Program-made: the position numbers and the translations under genes | Shown here: positions 49,109 to 61,894 of the stretch, in pieces | Numbering within the stretch: the first letter of the stretch is position 1 | Layout: each line of letters starts with the position of its first letter | Notes under the pieces: model-generated | Told to the model about the DNA's origin: nothing | Seen by the model: only the letters and a program-made list of their open reading frames with translations | Database searches by the model: none | Assembly: GCA_965215275.1 (NCBI GenBank) | Contig: OZ244044.1 | Coordinates: 1,093,561 to 1,157,560, forward strand | Direction: 5' to 3' | DNA: 64,000 nt | From: Thermodesulfobacteriota bacterium | GTDB taxonomy: Bacteria; Desulfobacterota_D; UBA1144; Nemesobacterales; JAJCZQ01

Positions 49109-52100
49109 TTAATTTCCACTCACCCGGGCAAGGTCGCTTTTATTCGCTTCAAAGGCGGCCATCATTGCTTCATCTCCACTAAGCCCGCTTTTTTCCACTC
49201 GTTTAATATTCTCGAGCATGCGTTTATAATCGTTCGGCATGACCTTCTTAAACTTCCTGACGCTCTCAGCCCAGTTATCAAGGAGCGTTCTTGCCACCTG
49301 GCTGCTCGTATAATCAAAATGTTTTCTTACCATGACGCTCAGGAAATTCTGGTCCTCGTCATCAACGGATCCGATGGAAACCATTCCCATGTTGCATTTT
49401 TCATCAAAATCTCCTTCTTCATCATACACGTAAGCAACCCCACCAGACATTCCCGCTCCGAAGTTCCTTCCCGTGGGTCCGAGCACCACGACTTTCCCGC
49501 CCGTCATATATTCACAGCCATGGTCCCCAACTGATTCTATCACGGCATGAACACCACTGTTCCTCACGCAGAACCTTTCACCTGCTTTTCCTCTTATATA
49601 TGCCTCTCCACCGGTCGCTCCGTAAAAGGCAACGTTACCAACTATAATATTTTCCTCAGGTCTGAACGTGGACTTCCTGGGCGGATACACTATCAGCTTT
49701 CCTCCCGATAACCCTTTTCCAACGTAATCATTTGCATCACCTTCAAGAAATAAGGTCATGCTCTTGGGAACAAAAGCTCCGAAACTCTGCCCGGCGGAAC
49801 CACTGAAACGGATATTGACGGTGTTTTCCGCAAGACCATTAAGACCATATTTTCTCGTCAGTTCGCTGCCAACTATGGTACCGACGGCCCTGTTGATATT
49901 CTTTATAGGTAAAGGCTCTTTTACATCAACCGGTTTACCGTCCGTGATCGCAGGTGCACATATATCCATCAAAACCGTTTCATCAAGCGACTTATCTATT
50001 CCATGATCCTGATCTATCTGACGGTAAGTTCCCCAGCTGCCCGGTACGTCCGGCTTTGTAAACACACCTGAAAGATCAAGCCCCCTGGCTTTCCAGTGAT
50101 CGATCGCTTTTTTTGTCGTTAACCTGTCCGTCCGTCCTATCATCTCGTTGACACTTCTAAAGCCCAGACCAGCCATGATCTCCCTGAGTTCCTGTGCAAC
50201 AAACCTGAGATAGGTCACCACGTCGGCGGGATCGCCAGTGAACTTTTTACGAAGTTCGGGATTTTGGGTCGCAACACCCACAGGACAGGTGTCTAAATGA
50301 CAGACCCTCATCATTATACATCCAAGAACGATCAGCGGAGCGGTTGAAAATCCATATTCCTCCGCACCAAGCAGAGCAGCAATCGCAACGTCCTTACCGG
50401 TCTTTAACTGCCCATCAGTCTCAAGAACGACCCTACTTCTCAGATTGTTCAACAATAAAGTCTGATGGGTCTCAGCTATTCCCAGCTCCCAGGGGAGACC
50501 GGCATGCTGAATGCTACTCTGCGGGGATGCTCCCGTACCACCGGAGGTACCGCTTATAAGGATCACGTCAGCGTGACCTTTGGCTACTCCGGCAGCAATT
50601 GTCCCTACCCCAACCTCAGACACTAGCTTTACATTAATTCTCGCATATTTGTTTGCATTTTTTAAATCATATATCAGTTCCGCCAGGTCCTCTATGGAAT
50701 ATATATCATGGTGAGGCGGGGGAGAGATCAGACCCACGCCCGGGGTGGACAAACGAACTTTTGCTATCCATGGATACACCTTTCTGCCCGGCAGCTGACC
50801 TCCCTCACCCGGCTTGGCCCCCTGGGCTATCTTGATCTGGATCTCGTCAGAATTCACCAGGTATTCACTGGTAACCCCGAACCTGCCAGATGCAACCTGT
50901 TTAATTGCACTTCTTCTTAAATCACCATTTGCGTCCGCTGTATATCTGTCAGTGTCTTCACCTCCTTCCCCTGTATTGCTCTTACCTCCGATCCGGTTCA
51001 TTGCTATGGCCAGGCTTTCATGGGACTCTTTACTGATGGCACCGTACGACATCGCACCGGTTTTGAACCTTCTGCATATGGATTCAACCGATTCTACCTC
51101 TTCAATGGGTATGGGAGCACCACTGTAGTTAAAATCCATCAGCCCCCGGAGCGTAAAATGCTCCCTGTCCTCATTGTTTGAAAGTTCTGAGAACTCTTTA
51201 TAGGACTTGTAGCTTTCTGACCTGGCAGCATACTGCAGCTTATGTACGGTCTGGGGATTCCACATATGCCTCTCACCGCCCGGACGCCACTGGTATATAC
51301 CTCCTTCCTCCAGCGTGTCTTCATCAACGTCACGGTCCGGATAGGCCTGTTCAGATCTTCGCAGTGCTTCCTCTGCGATCACCTCTATTCCAGCACCTTG
51401 AATCCTTGAAGGCGTCCACGTGAAGTACTTATCTATGAATTCATGATCAAGTCCTAATGCTTCAAAGATCTGTGCGCCGTGATAGCTCTGCACCGTGGAA
51501 ATACCCATCTTCGACATTATTTTGACAATTCCCTTCACAATACTGGCAATGTAGTTCGAGATCGCTTTATCCGGCAGAATATCGGGCAGCATACCGTCAA
51601 GGATCATATTTTTTATCGTTTCATACGCGAGATAGGGGTTGATGGCACTTGCACCGTAACCGATCAGCAATGCAAAATGGTGCACTTCCCTTGGTTCTCC
51701 CGACTCCAGAACAAGACTTACCTTCATCCTGTTGCCATTTCTGACCAGATGATGATGAAGTCCCGATACCGCAAGCAGGGCGGGTATTGGGATCTTTTTA
51801 TCACTAAACCCCCTGTCAGAAAGGATTACGATACTGATCCCTTCTGATATTGCTTTATCAACGTCCTTAAAAAGCTGATCAAGGGCTTTGATCAATCCTT
51901 CACTGCCGCCTCCGGGGTTAAAGTGAATTGGAAAGGTCCCTGATCTAAGGTTTTTCATATCAAGGGCTTTCAGTTTATTAAGGTCGCCGTTTGTCAGGAC
52001 CGGATAGTCCATCTCTATCTTTTCACAATGTTCAGGCATCGGGGATAGAATATTCCTGACAGGTCCCAACGTTACCTTCGTATCTGTTATAAGTTCCTCC

Positions 52101-53704
52101 CTGATCGAATCGATCGCAGGATTTGTCACCTGAGCAAAAAGCTGCTTGAAATAGCTGTACAGAAGTTTAGGTTTATCAGACAAAACGGCTATCGGTGTAT
52201 CCACGCCCATTGCCCCAACGGGCTCGACCGCGTTCTTTGCCATTTGACCGATCAGCAGCCTTAGTTCCTCAAAGGTATAACCGAACAACCTCTGAGCGGT
52301 CAGAAATGACCTGTCATCCGTTATTTCATCTTCTTCTCCGCAAGGCTTAAGGCTGTTAATGTGGACCAGGTTGTCCTTGATCCATTTGAAGTACGGCTTT
52401 TCATTCGAGAGGCTGTTCTTCAGTTCCTCGTCACCAACTATCCTTCCCTTTTTTGTATCGATCAAAAGCATCCTTCCAGGTTCAAGGCGGCCTTTGTAAG
52501 CTATGTTCTCAGGAGGGATCTCCAGCACTCCCACCTCGGACGCAAGAACCAGCAGATCATCTTTTGTAACGTAGTACCTGGACGGTCTGAGACCCTGTCT
52601 GTCTAAAACCGCGCCCACTTTCTCGCCATCGGTAAATCCAATTGACGCCGGACCATCCCATGGCTCCATTAAACAGCTGTGATAATTATAGAATGCTTTC
52701 TTGTTCTCAGGCATGCTTTCGTGCTTGGACCAGGGTTCAGGTATCATCATCATTACCGCGTGCTCTATCGAATAGCCTGATAGTGATAAAAATTCCAGTG
52801 CGTTATCAAAAGCGGCAGAGTCGCTCCCCTCGGGTGCTATGATCGGAAATAATTTTTCCAGATCGTCTCCATAAAGGTCGGATTTCAGCAGAGATTGCCT
52901 TGAGTGCATCCAGTTCATATTTCCTCTTAATGTATTGATCTCCCCATTGTGAATAACGTAGCGGTAGGGATGGGACCTGTCCCAGCTTGGAAACGTATTG
53001 GTGCTGAACCTGGAATGCACCAGTGCAATAGCGGTCTCCATACGTCCGTCACTAAGGTCAGGATAGTACGGCTCAAGCTGCCACGTGGTTAACATCCCCT
53101 TATACACGATCGTCTTGTAGGAAAGACTGCAGATATAGAAATTACTGTCCAGCGGCCTATCTGAAAATCTGATCTTGTTACCCGACCTTTTACAGATGAT
53201 ATAAAGCTTTCTCTCAAAGTCCATTCCCGGCTGAGTATCTTTCCCCCTCTTGATAAAGACCTGCTTCACGGCCGGTTCACACGACAGTGCCGTCTCGCCC
53301 AGTGACGTGTTATCAGTGGGAACGTCCCTCCATTTCAGGACTTCCTGTCCTTCTTCCTGTACCGTTCTTTCAAATATCTCCATAACCGAGGATGCTACTT
53401 TTTCATCAGGAGAGATAAAGAGCATTCCAACCCCGTAATCATCATGATCAGGCAGGTCCGCTCCTGTAACTTTTGCAAAAAAGTCATGTGGTTTCTGCAT
53501 AAGTATCCCGGCACCGTCACCGGTGTTTTTCTCACACCCGCATGCCCCCCTGTGCTCCAGGTTGTTCAGGATCTCAATAGCCTGGGCAACTATTCCGTTC
53601 GACCTTATGCCATTGATGTTAACAACAAATCCAATACCGCAGGAATCATGTTCAAAATCAGGGTCGTACAGTCCCTGCCTATACGGCAATTCAAAATTTT
53701 TCAT
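49109..53704 (-). CDS. gltB: glutamate synthase large subunit
   Basis: 1531 aa; N-terminal Cys amidotransferase (dipeptide Met-Lys precedes the Cys-Gly-Ile-Gly-Phe catalytic site), FMN and GXGXG domains. Confidence 0.9.
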   Translation of the reverse strand: MKNFELPYRQGLYDPDFEHDSCGIGFVVNINGIRSNGIVAQAIEILNNLEHRGACGCEKNTGDGAGILMQKPHDFFAKVTGADLPDHDDYGVGMLFISPDEKVASSVMEIFERTVQEEGQEVLKWRDVPTDNTSLGETALSCEPAVKQVFIKRGKDTQPGMDFERKLYIICKRSGNKIRFSDRPLDSNFYICSLSYKTIVYKGMLTTWQLEPYYPDLSDGRMETAIALVHSRFSTNTFPSWDRSHPYRYVIHNGEINTLRGNMNWMHSRQSLLKSDLYGDDLEKLFPIIAPEGSDSAAFDNALEFLSLSGYSIEHAVMMMIPEPWSKHESMPENKKAFYNYHSCLMEPWDGPASIGFTDGEKVGAVLDRQGLRPSRYYVTKDDLLVLASEVGVLEIPPENIAYKGRLEPGRMLLIDTKKGRIVGDEELKNSLSNEKPYFKWIKDNLVHINSLKPCGEEDEITDDRSFLTAQRLFGYTFEELRLLIGQMAKNAVEPVGAMGVDTPIAVLSDKPKLLYSYFKQLFAQVTNPAIDSIREELITDTKVTLGPVRNILSPMPEHCEKIEMDYPVLTNGDLNKLKALDMKNLRSGTFPIHFNPGGGSEGLIKALDQLFKDVDKAISEGISIVILSDRGFSDKKIPIPALLAVSGLHHHLVRNGNRMKVSLVLESGEPREVHHFALLIGYGASAINPYLAYETIKNMILDGMLPDILPDKAISNYIASIVKGIVKIMSKMGISTVQSYHGAQIFEALGLDHEFIDKYFTWTPSRIQGAGIEVIAEEALRRSEQAYPDRDVDEDTLEEGGIYQWRPGGERHMWNPQTVHKLQYAARSESYKSYKEFSELSNNEDREHFTLRGLMDFNYSGAPIPIEEVESVESICRRFKTGAMSYGAISKESHESLAIAMNRIGGKSNTGEGGEDTDRYTADANGDLRRSAIKQVASGRFGVTSEYLVNSDEIQIKIAQGAKPGEGGQLPGRKVYPWIAKVRLSTPGVGLISPPPHHDIYSIEDLAELIYDLKNANKYARINVKLVSEVGVGTIAAGVAKGHADVILISGTSGGTGASPQSSIQHAGLPWELGIAETHQTLLLNNLRSRVVLETDGQLKTGKDVAIAALLGAEEYGFSTAPLIVLGCIMMRVCHLDTCPVGVATQNPELRKKFTGDPADVVTYLRFVAQELREIMAGLGFRSVNEMIGRTDRLTTKKAIDHWKARGLDLSGVFTKPDVPGSWGTYRQIDQDHGIDKSLDETVLMDICAPAITDGKPVDVKEPLPIKNINRAVGTIVGSELTRKYGLNGLAENTVNIRFSGSAGQSFGAFVPKSMTLFLEGDANDYVGKGLSGGKLIVYPPRKSTFRPEENIIVGNVAFYGATGGEAYIRGKAGERFCVRNSGVHAVIESVGDHGCEYMTGGKVVVLGPTGRNFGAGMSGGVAYVYDEEGDFDEKCNMGMVSIGSVDDEDQNFLSVMVRKHFDYTSSQVARTLLDNWAESVRKFKKVMPNDYKRMLENIKRVEKSGLSGDEAMMAAFEANKSDLARVSGN

Positions 53705-53894
53705 AAGAGCAACCTCACAACGTGAACGTTAATTATAACATACTAAACGCCTTTTAAAAAAATGAGCATATTTATAACCCGTTTTCCAACGACCGGACTG
53801 CCTAAATACCGTACAGTTAGTCTTTGCAGGGAATTATTGCTGTCTTTTCATTTAGTGTTTTGCAAATTAGTGTTATAATACAGCAATTAATCTT

Positions 53895-54338
53895 GTGTTT
53901 CAGGAGGGTCGTATGGTTCAGATAATGTGCTGGTTGGATTCTGAAGATTACTGGTACCTAAACAGCATGCATGAAGGTGATCAGGCCATAGATTATTATG
54001 CGTACAGGTTCAACGTTGATGACAGTTCGGAAGCTCCCGACCCGACCCCGGTAAGTCTTATCGTGGTAGAGATGGTGAACGCAAAGCTCGCAATAGGGTT
54101 TGCCATGTCCCCGCATATTAAGATCGAGAAGGAATTCAAAGTCGGTTTTATATGTCAGGAAAGACCCGACAAGGATATCCCGCTCGTGTGTAAGCTCTCA
54201 GATGAGGTGAAACAGACCAAGTATGCCGGAACCGATATTCACAGACTTGAATACATAGGTTTTTCATTAGAAAAATTTTATGAGAACAAAGGTGCCAAAT
54301 TCTACCTTCATGACCTGAGACCTAAAAAGCGGATGTAA
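53895..54338 (+). CDS. hypothetical protein
   Basis: 147-aa ORF upstream of argG. Confidence 0.35.
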   Translation: MFQEGRMVQIMCWLDSEDYWYLNSMHEGDQAIDYYAYRFNVDDSSEAPDPTPVSLIVVEMVNAKLAIGFAMSPHIKIEKEFKVGFICQERPDKDIPLVCKLSDEVKQTKYAGTDIHRLEYIGFSLEKFYENKGAKFYLHDLRPKKRM

Positions 54339-54377
54339 AAAACAACCGTCCGCAAGTCATTATCAAGATACATCTCA

Positions 54378-55580
54378 ATGGTTAAGAAAAAAAACAAGAT
54401 CGTCCTGGCCTATTCCGGTGGACTTGACACGTCCATTATATTAAAATGGCTCATAAAGGAACACAGGGCCGAAGTTATAGCCTATGTAGCCGACCTGGGA
54501 CAGAACGAAAACATCGAGAAAATAAGGGAAAAGGCTTTTAAAACAGGTGCCAGCAAGGTATTCGTCGAAGATCTGAAAGAGGCATTCGTTAAGGATTTCG
54601 TCTATCCGGCCATTAAGTCAAGTGCTATATATGAAGGGTGTTATCTGCTCGGCACGTCACTGGCAAGGCCCCTTATTGCAAAAAGACAGATAGAGATAGC
54701 CGAGCAGGAAGGAGCTTCCTTCGTCTCTCACGGAGCAACGGGTAAGGGCAATGACCAGGTAAGGTTCGAACTGACGTTCTATTCATTATCTCCCGGTATT
54801 AAAGTGATCGCACCCTGGAGAGAGTGGAAGTTCAGATCAAGGAACGATCTTATAAAGTTCGCACGGAACAACGGGATCGAAGTACCCGTTACAAAAGAAA
54901 AGCCCTATAGTTGTGACAGGAACTTAATGCACGTCAGCTATGAAGGAGGGGTTCTTGAAGATCCCTGGACGGAACCACCGGAATCGATGTTTGAAATGAC
55001 GGTGTCCCCGGAAAACGCTCCGAACGAGCCGACTTTCATAGAAATTGAATTTAAAAAAGGGGAACCGGTAAAAGTTAACGGCAAGAAGCTGTCTCCCGCT
55101 AAACTACTGTCTGAATTAAATGACGTTGCAGGCAGGAACGGAATAGGCAGGGTTGACATAGTTGAAAACCGTTTTGTTGGTATGAAATCAAGAGGCGTTT
55201 ATGAAACTCCAGGCGGAACGCTTCTGCACGTAGCACACAGAGCGGTGGAATCACTGACCATGGACAGAGAGGTCATGCATCTAAGGGATTCCCTTGTACC
55301 AAAGATCGCCCAGCTTATATATAACGGACTGTGGTACAGTCCGGAAATGGATATGCTGATGGATGCAGTGACAAATTCGCAGAAAAACGTCGATGGAGTA
55401 GCCAGATTAAAACTGTACAAAGGTAACACGACAGTTGTAGGACGTAAATCGCCCAGGTCCCTTTATCTGGAAGACCTTGCAACTTTTGAAGAAGACGAGA
55501 TATACGATCAGTCGGATGCAACTGGTTTCATAAAGTTAAACGCACTCAGACTTAAAACAAAAAATGTATTCAGTAGATGA
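54378..55580 (+). CDS. argG: argininosuccinate synthase
   Basis: 400 aa, [11 protein letters not shown]-loop. Confidence 0.9.
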   Translation: MVKKKNKIVLAYSGGLDTSIILKWLIKEHRAEVIAYVADLGQNENIEKIREKAFKTGASKVFVEDLKEAFVKDFVYPAIKSSAIYEGCYLLGTSLARPLIAKRQIEIAEQEGASFVSHGATGKGNDQVRFELTFYSLSPGIKVIAPWREWKFRSRNDLIKFARNNGIEVPVTKEKPYSCDRNLMHVSYEGGVLEDPWTEPPESMFEMTVSPENAPNEPTFIEIEFKKGEPVKVNGKKLSPAKLLSELNDVAGRNGIGRVDIVENRFVGMKSRGVYETPGGTLLHVAHRAVESLTMDREVMHLRDSLVPKIAQLIYNGLWYSPEMDMLMDAVTNSQKNVDGVARLKLYKGNTTVVGRKSPRSLYLEDLATFEEDEIYDQSDATGFIKLNALRLKTKNVFSR

Positions 55581-56569
55581 AAACAGGCGATTTTGACTAT
55601 CATCTTCCACAGGAACTCATTGCTGAATACCCGCTTAAAAAAAGGGACGGATCCAGACTGCTCGTCTTGAACAAGAGTAACGGCAGCATAACTCACGAAA
55701 GGTTCTTCAATATCGCTGACCATCTCAAAGAGGGAGATCTGCTTATTCTCAACGACACCAAGGTACTTCCAGTAAAACTTGTCGGACGAACAGCGGACAA
55801 GGAGGTCGAAGTACTTCTCACCCACAGGATCTCTGAAAAGCACTGGAAACTTCTGGTGAGAAATCCAAAAAACAACAGCGTGATACAGTTCAATGAAGGA
55901 ATAAAAGGAACGCTGTCAAAAAGCCCTTCAGATGAGTGGGTGATAAATTTCAACAGACCGGTCGAGAAATATATACACGACTTTGGAAAAATACCTCTTC
56001 CGCCATATATACACAGACCACCGGAAGAAAGGGACAGGGAAACGTATCAAACGGTCTTTGCAAGGAAGAAGGGAGCAATAGCAGCCCCTACGGCAGGACT
56101 TCATTTTACGGACAAGCTGCTTGAAAGGATCAGAGAAACAGGCGTGGAGATAAGGTTCATAACGCTCCATGTGGGAATTGGAACGTTCAGACCTGTCAAG
56201 TCAGAGAACGTTTCAGACCATGTAATGCACAGGGAGTTCGTGGAAATTCCCGAGAGGACGTTCAGTTCCGTATTAAAGGCAAAAAGGGACTTAAGAAGAA
56301 TAGTGGCGGTCGGTACAACGGTTGTCCGTGCGATCGAATCAGTTGTTAAATTCGATTCCTTAACTTTCGATACCGGTCTGTTCATCTATCCTCCTTATGA
56401 TTTTCAATTCATTGATGCAATGATCACCAATTTTCACATGCCAAGATCAAGTCTGCTGATGCTCGTATCAGCATTCTGCTCGAAAGATATGCTGTTTTCA
56501 GCATACAGAGAAGCTGTAAACAAAAAGTACAGATTTCTGAGCTATGGTGATGCAATGTTTATTTCTTGA
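55577..56569 (+). CDS. queA: S-adenosylmethionine:tRNA ribosyltransferase-isomerase
   Basis: 330 aa, QueA family; overlaps the argG stop. Confidence 0.85.
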   Translation: MKTGDFDYHLPQELIAEYPLKKRDGSRLLVLNKSNGSITHERFFNIADHLKEGDLLILNDTKVLPVKLVGRTADKEVEVLLTHRISEKHWKLLVRNPKNNSVIQFNEGIKGTLSKSPSDEWVINFNRPVEKYIHDFGKIPLPPYIHRPPEERDRETYQTVFARKKGAIAAPTAGLHFTDKLLERIRETGVEIRFITLHVGIGTFRPVKSENVSDHVMHREFVEIPERTFSSVLKAKRDLRRIVAVGTTVVRAIESVVKFDSLTFDTGLFIYPPYDFQFIDAMITNFHMPRSSLLMLVSAFCSKDMLFSAYREAVNKKYRFLSYGDAMFIS

Positions 56570-56617
56570 CAAAATCAAGATAGAATTATACGACCTAAAC
56601 GTCTAACGGAGGTATAC

Positions 56618-57604
56618 ATGTCGTCACTAATTACAGGAGCTACCGGGTTCATTGGTTCTCATGTTGCACGAAAACTGATGGAAAGAGGAGAGAGGGTAAA
56701 GGTACTTCTAAGAAAAACGAGCAGAACAGATAACATTGACAACCTGAACGTTGACAAGGTTTATGGCGATATACTTGACAAAAGATCGATTATAAACGCC
56801 TTACAAGGTTGCAATACCTTGTATCACGCGGCAGGATTTGTCTCCTTCAAAAAAAAGGATTACGGCAAGATGGAGGAAATAAACGTTCAGGGTTCAAAGA
56901 CGGTACTTTCTGCCGCCGTTGAAGCGGGGGTCAAAAGGGTCGTCTTCACAAGCAGCGTTGCCGCACTTGGACCCGGACCGGAAAACGGCTGCGTGACCGA
57001 GGACACAGTAACGGATTTCAGTTCCGCGGGTATAGGGTACATGAACGTAAAGAGAGACGCTGAAAACGCAGCTTTGGATTTCTGCTCACAGGGACTTGAC
57101 GTCGTTATTACAAATCCTTCGGTCGTTCTTGGAGCAGGGGACATTTATATGTCCAGCGCCGGGTCTGTCCTGTGGTATTGTAAAAGACGGTTTCCCGGAT
57201 ATCTGGACGGAACGCTGAACGTCACAGACGTTGAAGACGTGGCAGAGGGACATATACTTGCAGCTGAAAAAGGAAGGTCCGGCGAAAGGTATATACTGGG
57301 TAATACCAATCTTATAGTAAAGGAATACTTCAATCTGCTTGAAAAGGTAACCGGTATCCCTTCCCCGAAACTGAAAATACCTTACGCTGCTGCTTACGCG
57401 ACCGCTTATCTGACCGAGCGGATTTTAGGATTTGATTTTCCCAACATGTCAACCATGGACGTGGACTCTGTCAAGCTGACCAGATACAACTGGCACGCGG
57501 ACAGTTCAAAGGCCGAACGCGAACTCGGATATACTAAAACGCCCATAGAAAAAACAGTAAAAAAAACCGTAGACTGGTTTAAAGCAAACGGTTACCTGAG
57601 CTAG
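56618..57604 (+). CDS. NAD-dependent epimerase/dehydratase family protein (HpnA / dihydroflavonol reductase-like)
   Basis: 328 aa, N-terminal TGATGFIGSH Rossmann motif. Confidence 0.7.
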   Translation: MSSLITGATGFIGSHVARKLMERGERVKVLLRKTSRTDNIDNLNVDKVYGDILDKRSIINALQGCNTLYHAAGFVSFKKKDYGKMEEINVQGSKTVLSAAVEAGVKRVVFTSSVAALGPGPENGCVTEDTVTDFSSAGIGYMNVKRDAENAALDFCSQGLDVVITNPSVVLGAGDIYMSSAGSVLWYCKRRFPGYLDGTLNVTDVEDVAEGHILAAEKGRSGERYILGNTNLIVKEYFNLLEKVTGIPSPKLKIPYAAAYATAYLTERILGFDFPNMSTMDVDSVKLTRYNWHADSSKAERELGYTKTPIEKTVKKTVDWFKANGYLS

Positions 57605-57725
57605 GTCGACATCATGATCATAAGTTCAACTGACCGTAAGGGGCTGAAAATTTGGCGATAATGTAAAACTGACGATTTACAGAAAGAAGCAGACCTATAA
57701 ATTACAGAGGAGTTATATTTATCTA

Positions 57726-58796
57726 ATGCCCGGCAACACATTCGGAAGACTGTTCAGAATAACAACCTGGGGAGAGTCTCATGGAAAAGCCGTGGGGGTG
57801 GTACTTGATGGATGCCCCGCCGGACTCGGTATATCGGAAGAAGAGATACAAGCAGAACTTGACAGAAGAAGACCAGGTCAGAGCAGTATAACCACTCAGA
57901 GAAAAGAACCGGACAAAGTCGAAATACTGTCCGGCGTTTTTGACGGCAAGACAACCGGGACCCCGATTTCCATGATAGTCAAGAACGTGGACGCTATATC
58001 CAGGTCCTATGAAGATATAAAAGACACATACAGACCGGGACACGCTGATTTTACCTACGATCAGAAATACGGACTCAGGGATCACAGGGGAGGTGGCAGG
58101 TCCTCAAATCGCGAGACAGTAGGAAGGGTCGCCGCGGCAGCAATAGCAAAAAAAATACTGAACATAGAGGGTATAAGGACAATTGGTCACGTAAAGCAGG
58201 TAGGAGATATAAAAGCTGAAAAATTCGACACCAGACAGATCGAGAAAAATCCCGTCAGATGTGCGGACAAAAAAAAGGCACTTGAAATGACGGCGTTGAT
58301 CGAGCAAGTCAGAAAAGAAGGTGATTCCATAGGGGGAATAGTTGAGATAATATCCACTGGTATGCCAAAGGGACTTGGCAGCCCCGTTTTTAATAAACTG
58401 GATGCCGACCTTGCAGCAGCATTAATGAGCCTTGGAGGTATCAGAGGTTTTGAAGCAGGTATGGGATTTACCGTAGCAGAAAAAAGAGGCTCCGAGGCAA
58501 ATGACCTGATGTATAAAAAGAAAGACGGTAAGCTGGGCTTTAAGACAAATAACGCCGGTGGCATGCTCGGTGGTATATCAAATGGCGAGGACCTCGTTGT
58601 CAGAATAGCGGTCAAGCCAACATCCTCAATATCAAAAGAACAAAGAACAGTGGATAAAAAAGGTCGTGCCAGAAAGCTGACAGTAAAGGGCAGACATGAT
58701 CCCTGCCTTTGCCCGAGGGCAGTACCAATTGCAGAAGCTATGGTTAACCTGGTCCTGATCGACCATCTGCTTGCATCCAGAATTACAAGGGTTTAG
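57726..58796 (+). CDS. aroC: chorismate synthase
   Basis: 356 aa, GESHG and RSSARET-like signatures. Confidence 0.9.
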   Translation: MPGNTFGRLFRITTWGESHGKAVGVVLDGCPAGLGISEEEIQAELDRRRPGQSSITTQRKEPDKVEILSGVFDGKTTGTPISMIVKNVDAISRSYEDIKDTYRPGHADFTYDQKYGLRDHRGGGRSSNRETVGRVAAAAIAKKILNIEGIRTIGHVKQVGDIKAEKFDTRQIEKNPVRCADKKKALEMTALIEQVRKEGDSIGGIVEIISTGMPKGLGSPVFNKLDADLAAALMSLGGIRGFEAGMGFTVAEKRGSEANDLMYKKKDGKLGFKTNNAGGMLGGISNGEDLVVRIAVKPTSSISKEQRTVDKKGRARKLTVKGRHDPCLCPRAVPIAEAMVNLVLIDHLLASRITRV

Positions 58797-58810
58797 CCTT
58801 TACAGCTACA

Positions 58811-59155
58811 GTGGATATTAATTTTAAGATCTTTGTGGACAATGAAATCATCTACTATGGAAATTTCAGTGAGCTTCCACAAGAACACAGAGAAAAAATC
58901 GTTGAGGCGCTGGATGAATGGGGTGAACTGCTTGGAAAAAGCGGCCTGAACGAGACAATATTTTCATTACTTGCATTGTGCGATCAAAGACAATACGAGT
59001 GCCCTAAGTGTGGAAAAACCGGCAACGAAGATACCACCTGTCCTGACTGTGGAGACAAGACGGCTCAAAAAGACACATATCCGCATAACGAAAAAATATT
59101 GACGCTGCTCAACTGTATTGGAATGATAACTCACCTGGAGATTGAACGACCGTAA
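58811..59155 (+). CDS. small Zn-ribbon protein (hypothetical)
   Basis: 114 aa with CPKCG...CPDCG. Confidence 0.4.
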   Translation: MDINFKIFVDNEIIYYGNFSELPQEHREKIVEALDEWGELLGKSGLNETIFSLLALCDQRQYECPKCGKTGNEDTTCPDCGDKTAQKDTYPHNEKILTLLNCIGMITHLEIERP

Positions 59156-59442
59156 TGAAAATTACCGTGGAAGGACAGATATTTCCGAAAGTATGGGACA
59201 TTGCAAGCAACGTAAAGAAGATCGGAAATCGCCGTAAAGGCTGGAATCTCGGCAGTGGAACAATGAGTTATCCGGTTTATGAAGTTACTCTTCCGGAAGA
59301 CACTAAAAAAGAGGGGATATACTTCATCACTCCTCAGGGCGTAAAACTCTACTTCAGCCAAGGCAGCCAATATGAGATCGGTTATCTGATCTCAGACCTG
59401 GACAGCGGTTCACTTGCCTGTAAATATTTTCAGGAGAATTAA
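59155..59442 (+). CDS. hypothetical protein (95 aa), start overlapping the upstream stop
   Basis: ATGA overlap with 58811-59155 suggests a two-gene operon. Confidence 0.35.
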   Translation: MKITVEGQIFPKVWDIASNVKKIGNRRKGWNLGSGTMSYPVYEVTLPEDTKKEGIYFITPQGVKLYFSQGSQYEIGYLISDLDSGSLACKYFQEN

Positions 59443-59458
59443 TATACTCGGATTTTGC

Positions 59459-60601
59459 TTATAACGAGTCGTTTAAAATCTCAGTTGCTTTTGTAACACC
59501 CGCCCCAAAGTTAAAACTGTGACCTAGATTTTTAAGAGTGGATTCCAGCGCAGATATAACTGCTATCGTATCGGTTGCTTCTATATCTCCAATGTGAGAA
59601 AATCTGAATATCTTACCCTTTGCATGATCCTGTCCACCCGCGATCGTCATACCGAACCTGTCTTTTAGTTCCTTGATTATCTTCGCCGCGCCGATCCGCT
59701 CTGGTGCAATTCCCACCGTTAACGCAGTGCTTGGAGAACCTTTGGCAAATAACCCTATGTTCATGGCGGTCAAGGCTCCCCTGGATGCTCTGGACAGACT
59801 GTCATGTCTTTTGTACATATTTGCAAGGCCTTCACTTGAAAATCTTTTCAGAACCTCCGCAAGACCTATAATAAGGGTGACCGCCGGGGTGTATGGAGTG
59901 GTATTCTTAGCAGCACTCGTTCGGTAATTTTTCAGGTCGAAGTAGAACCTGGGAAGGTCGGAAGTCTCGCTGAATTTCCATGCTTTTTCACTAAGAGCGA
60001 TGAACGCCAGTCCCGGAGGCATCATAAATGCCTTTTGTGAACCTCCCACCAGAACGTCAATACCAACTTCATCAAAACCTAAAGAAAATACGCCAACGGC
60101 AGTTATTCCATCCACGATCAATAATACATCTTCCCTTTCATTGGTTATTTCAGCTATTTTCTCCGTCGGGTGTCTAACACCAGTTGACGTTTCGCTTGCC
60201 TGTAACAGAACTGCCTTTATGGATGGATCATTATCAAGTGCCTCTTTAATTAAGGAAGGATCAACGGCAGTACCCCATTCCACTACGATCTCCTGTACTT
60301 TAAGCCCGTATGATCTTGATATCTTTGCCCACCTTTCTCCAAATTTGCCGCCGTTCACCACCAACACCTTATCGCCACTGGACATGGTGTTGGAAATAGC
60401 AGCGTCCATTGCTCCCGTGCCTGATGAAGCCAGTATTAAAACCTCCTGCTCCGTCTGATACACATGTTTCAGCCCCTTTCTTACCTCTTCAAAAATAGCT
60501 TCAAACTCTTCCGTTCTATGATGAATAATGGGGTTTGCCATCTTGATCAGAATCTCGCTGGGCACTGGAACGGGACCGGGGGTAAATACGTATTTTTTCA
60601 C
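59459..60601 (-). CDS. class V aminotransferase (serine-glyoxylate / alanine-glyoxylate aminotransferase-like)
   Basis: 380 aa, PLP-lysine region SGSQKAFMMPPG, AGXT/SgaA-like. Confidence 0.7.
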   Translation of the reverse strand: MKKYVFTPGPVPVPSEILIKMANPIIHHRTEEFEAIFEEVRKGLKHVYQTEQEVLILASSGTGAMDAAISNTMSSGDKVLVVNGGKFGERWAKISRSYGLKVQEIVVEWGTAVDPSLIKEALDNDPSIKAVLLQASETSTGVRHPTEKIAEITNEREDVLLIVDGITAVGVFSLGFDEVGIDVLVGGSQKAFMMPPGLAFIALSEKAWKFSETSDLPRFYFDLKNYRTSAAKNTTPYTPAVTLIIGLAEVLKRFSSEGLANMYKRHDSLSRASRGALTAMNIGLFAKGSPSTALTVGIAPERIGAAKIIKELKDRFGMTIAGGQDHAKGKIFRFSHIGDIEATDTIAVISALESTLKNLGHSFNFGAGVTKATEILNDSL

Positions 60602-60765
60602 TTCTTAATTCTCCTTAAATTATGAATATTGGATGAACCGGAAAGAGGCAATTTACCTGAAAGCAAATTAAAATCAAAATTGACATAGACAGAACAATGA
60701 GTTAAACAACATAGAACTTGAAAGAACACTTTATATCAGCAACGACTTTTTATAAGGTATATACA

Positions 60766-61876
60766 ATGAGCGAAGATAACAGACTGGATGTAAACCAGCT
60801 TCAGAGCAGAATCAAATCTATCTGGGACTCTCTTTGACATCGCAGATAAAAATTCACGGTTGAACGAGATAGAATCTCTGATAAACGCCCACGATTTCTG
60901 GAACGATAAGACCGAAGCACAGTCAATTTTAAAAGAGCAAGCACGTATCAGGAACTCACTAAATACGTGGGAATTGCTGCGTTCTGAGCTTGAAGACCTG
61001 GAAGTTCTGATAGAACTTTGTGATGAATCCAACGACGAAGAACTGCAGAGTGAAATTGATATAAAGCACGGTAATCTGGTCTCCAAGATCGAGGAACTTG
61101 AGTTTAAAAAGGTCCTCAGTGCCACCGACGACGAAAGAAATGCAATAATGTCAATAAATTCCGGTGCCGGAGGCACGGAAGCACAGGACTGGGCGGACAT
61201 GTTGTTCAGAATGTACTTAAGATATGCTGAAAGCAAAGACTATAAGACGAACATATTAGATCTGCAGGACGGAGATGAAGCAGGAATTAAAAATGTAACC
61301 TTTTTAATAGAGGGAAGTTATGCATTTGGCTATTTAAAAGGTGAAAGCGGTGTCCACAGACTTGTAAGAATTTCGCCATTTGACTCTAATAAGCGTCGAC
61401 ACACCTCTTTTGCCTCGGTTTTCGTATCTCCCGAAGTGGACGATCTGATTGAAGTGGAAATTGAGGATAAAGATTTAAGGGTCGACACTTTCAGGGCAAG
61501 TGGTAAAGGTGGTCAGCATGTTAACAAAACAGACTCCGCCATAAGGATCACACATATGCCAACAGGTATGGTTGTCAGCTGTCAGAACGAAAGATCCCAA
61601 CATCAAAACAGGATTAACGCTATGAAGATACTGAAGGCAAGGATCTATGAAATGGAAAGAGAGAAGAAACAAAAGTTAATTGAGGAGATGAACTCAAGTA
61701 AGATGGAGATAGGCTGGGGCAGTCAGATACGTTCTTATGTAATGCATCCATACAGAATGGTCAAAGACCACAGAACGAACTTTGAAGAAAGCAACATAGA
61801 TGCGGTAATGGATGGAGATATTGACAATCTGATCAAAAAATATCTACTGTATCAAGCTGACAATAGAGTAAACTAA
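60766..61876 (+). CDS. prfB: peptide chain release factor 2, expressed via a programmed +1 ribosomal frameshift at CTT TGA C (60832-60838)
   Basis: Frame 0: ATG 60766 ...TCT CTT TGA (25 codons). The +1 frame continues GAC ATC GCA... into ORF 60860-61876, which contains the GGQ-region SGAGGQHVNKT and the SPF-like RF2 domain. Confidence 0.85.
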
Positions 61877-61894
61877 ACAATCCGGAGGCAATCA

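Noticed and set aside
49109-53704. Numerous 60-150 aa ORFs on the opposite strand inside gltB, gltD, glnD, purH, the subtilase paralogs, etc.
   Set aside because: Shadow ORFs within long, clearly homologous genes. No independent signal.
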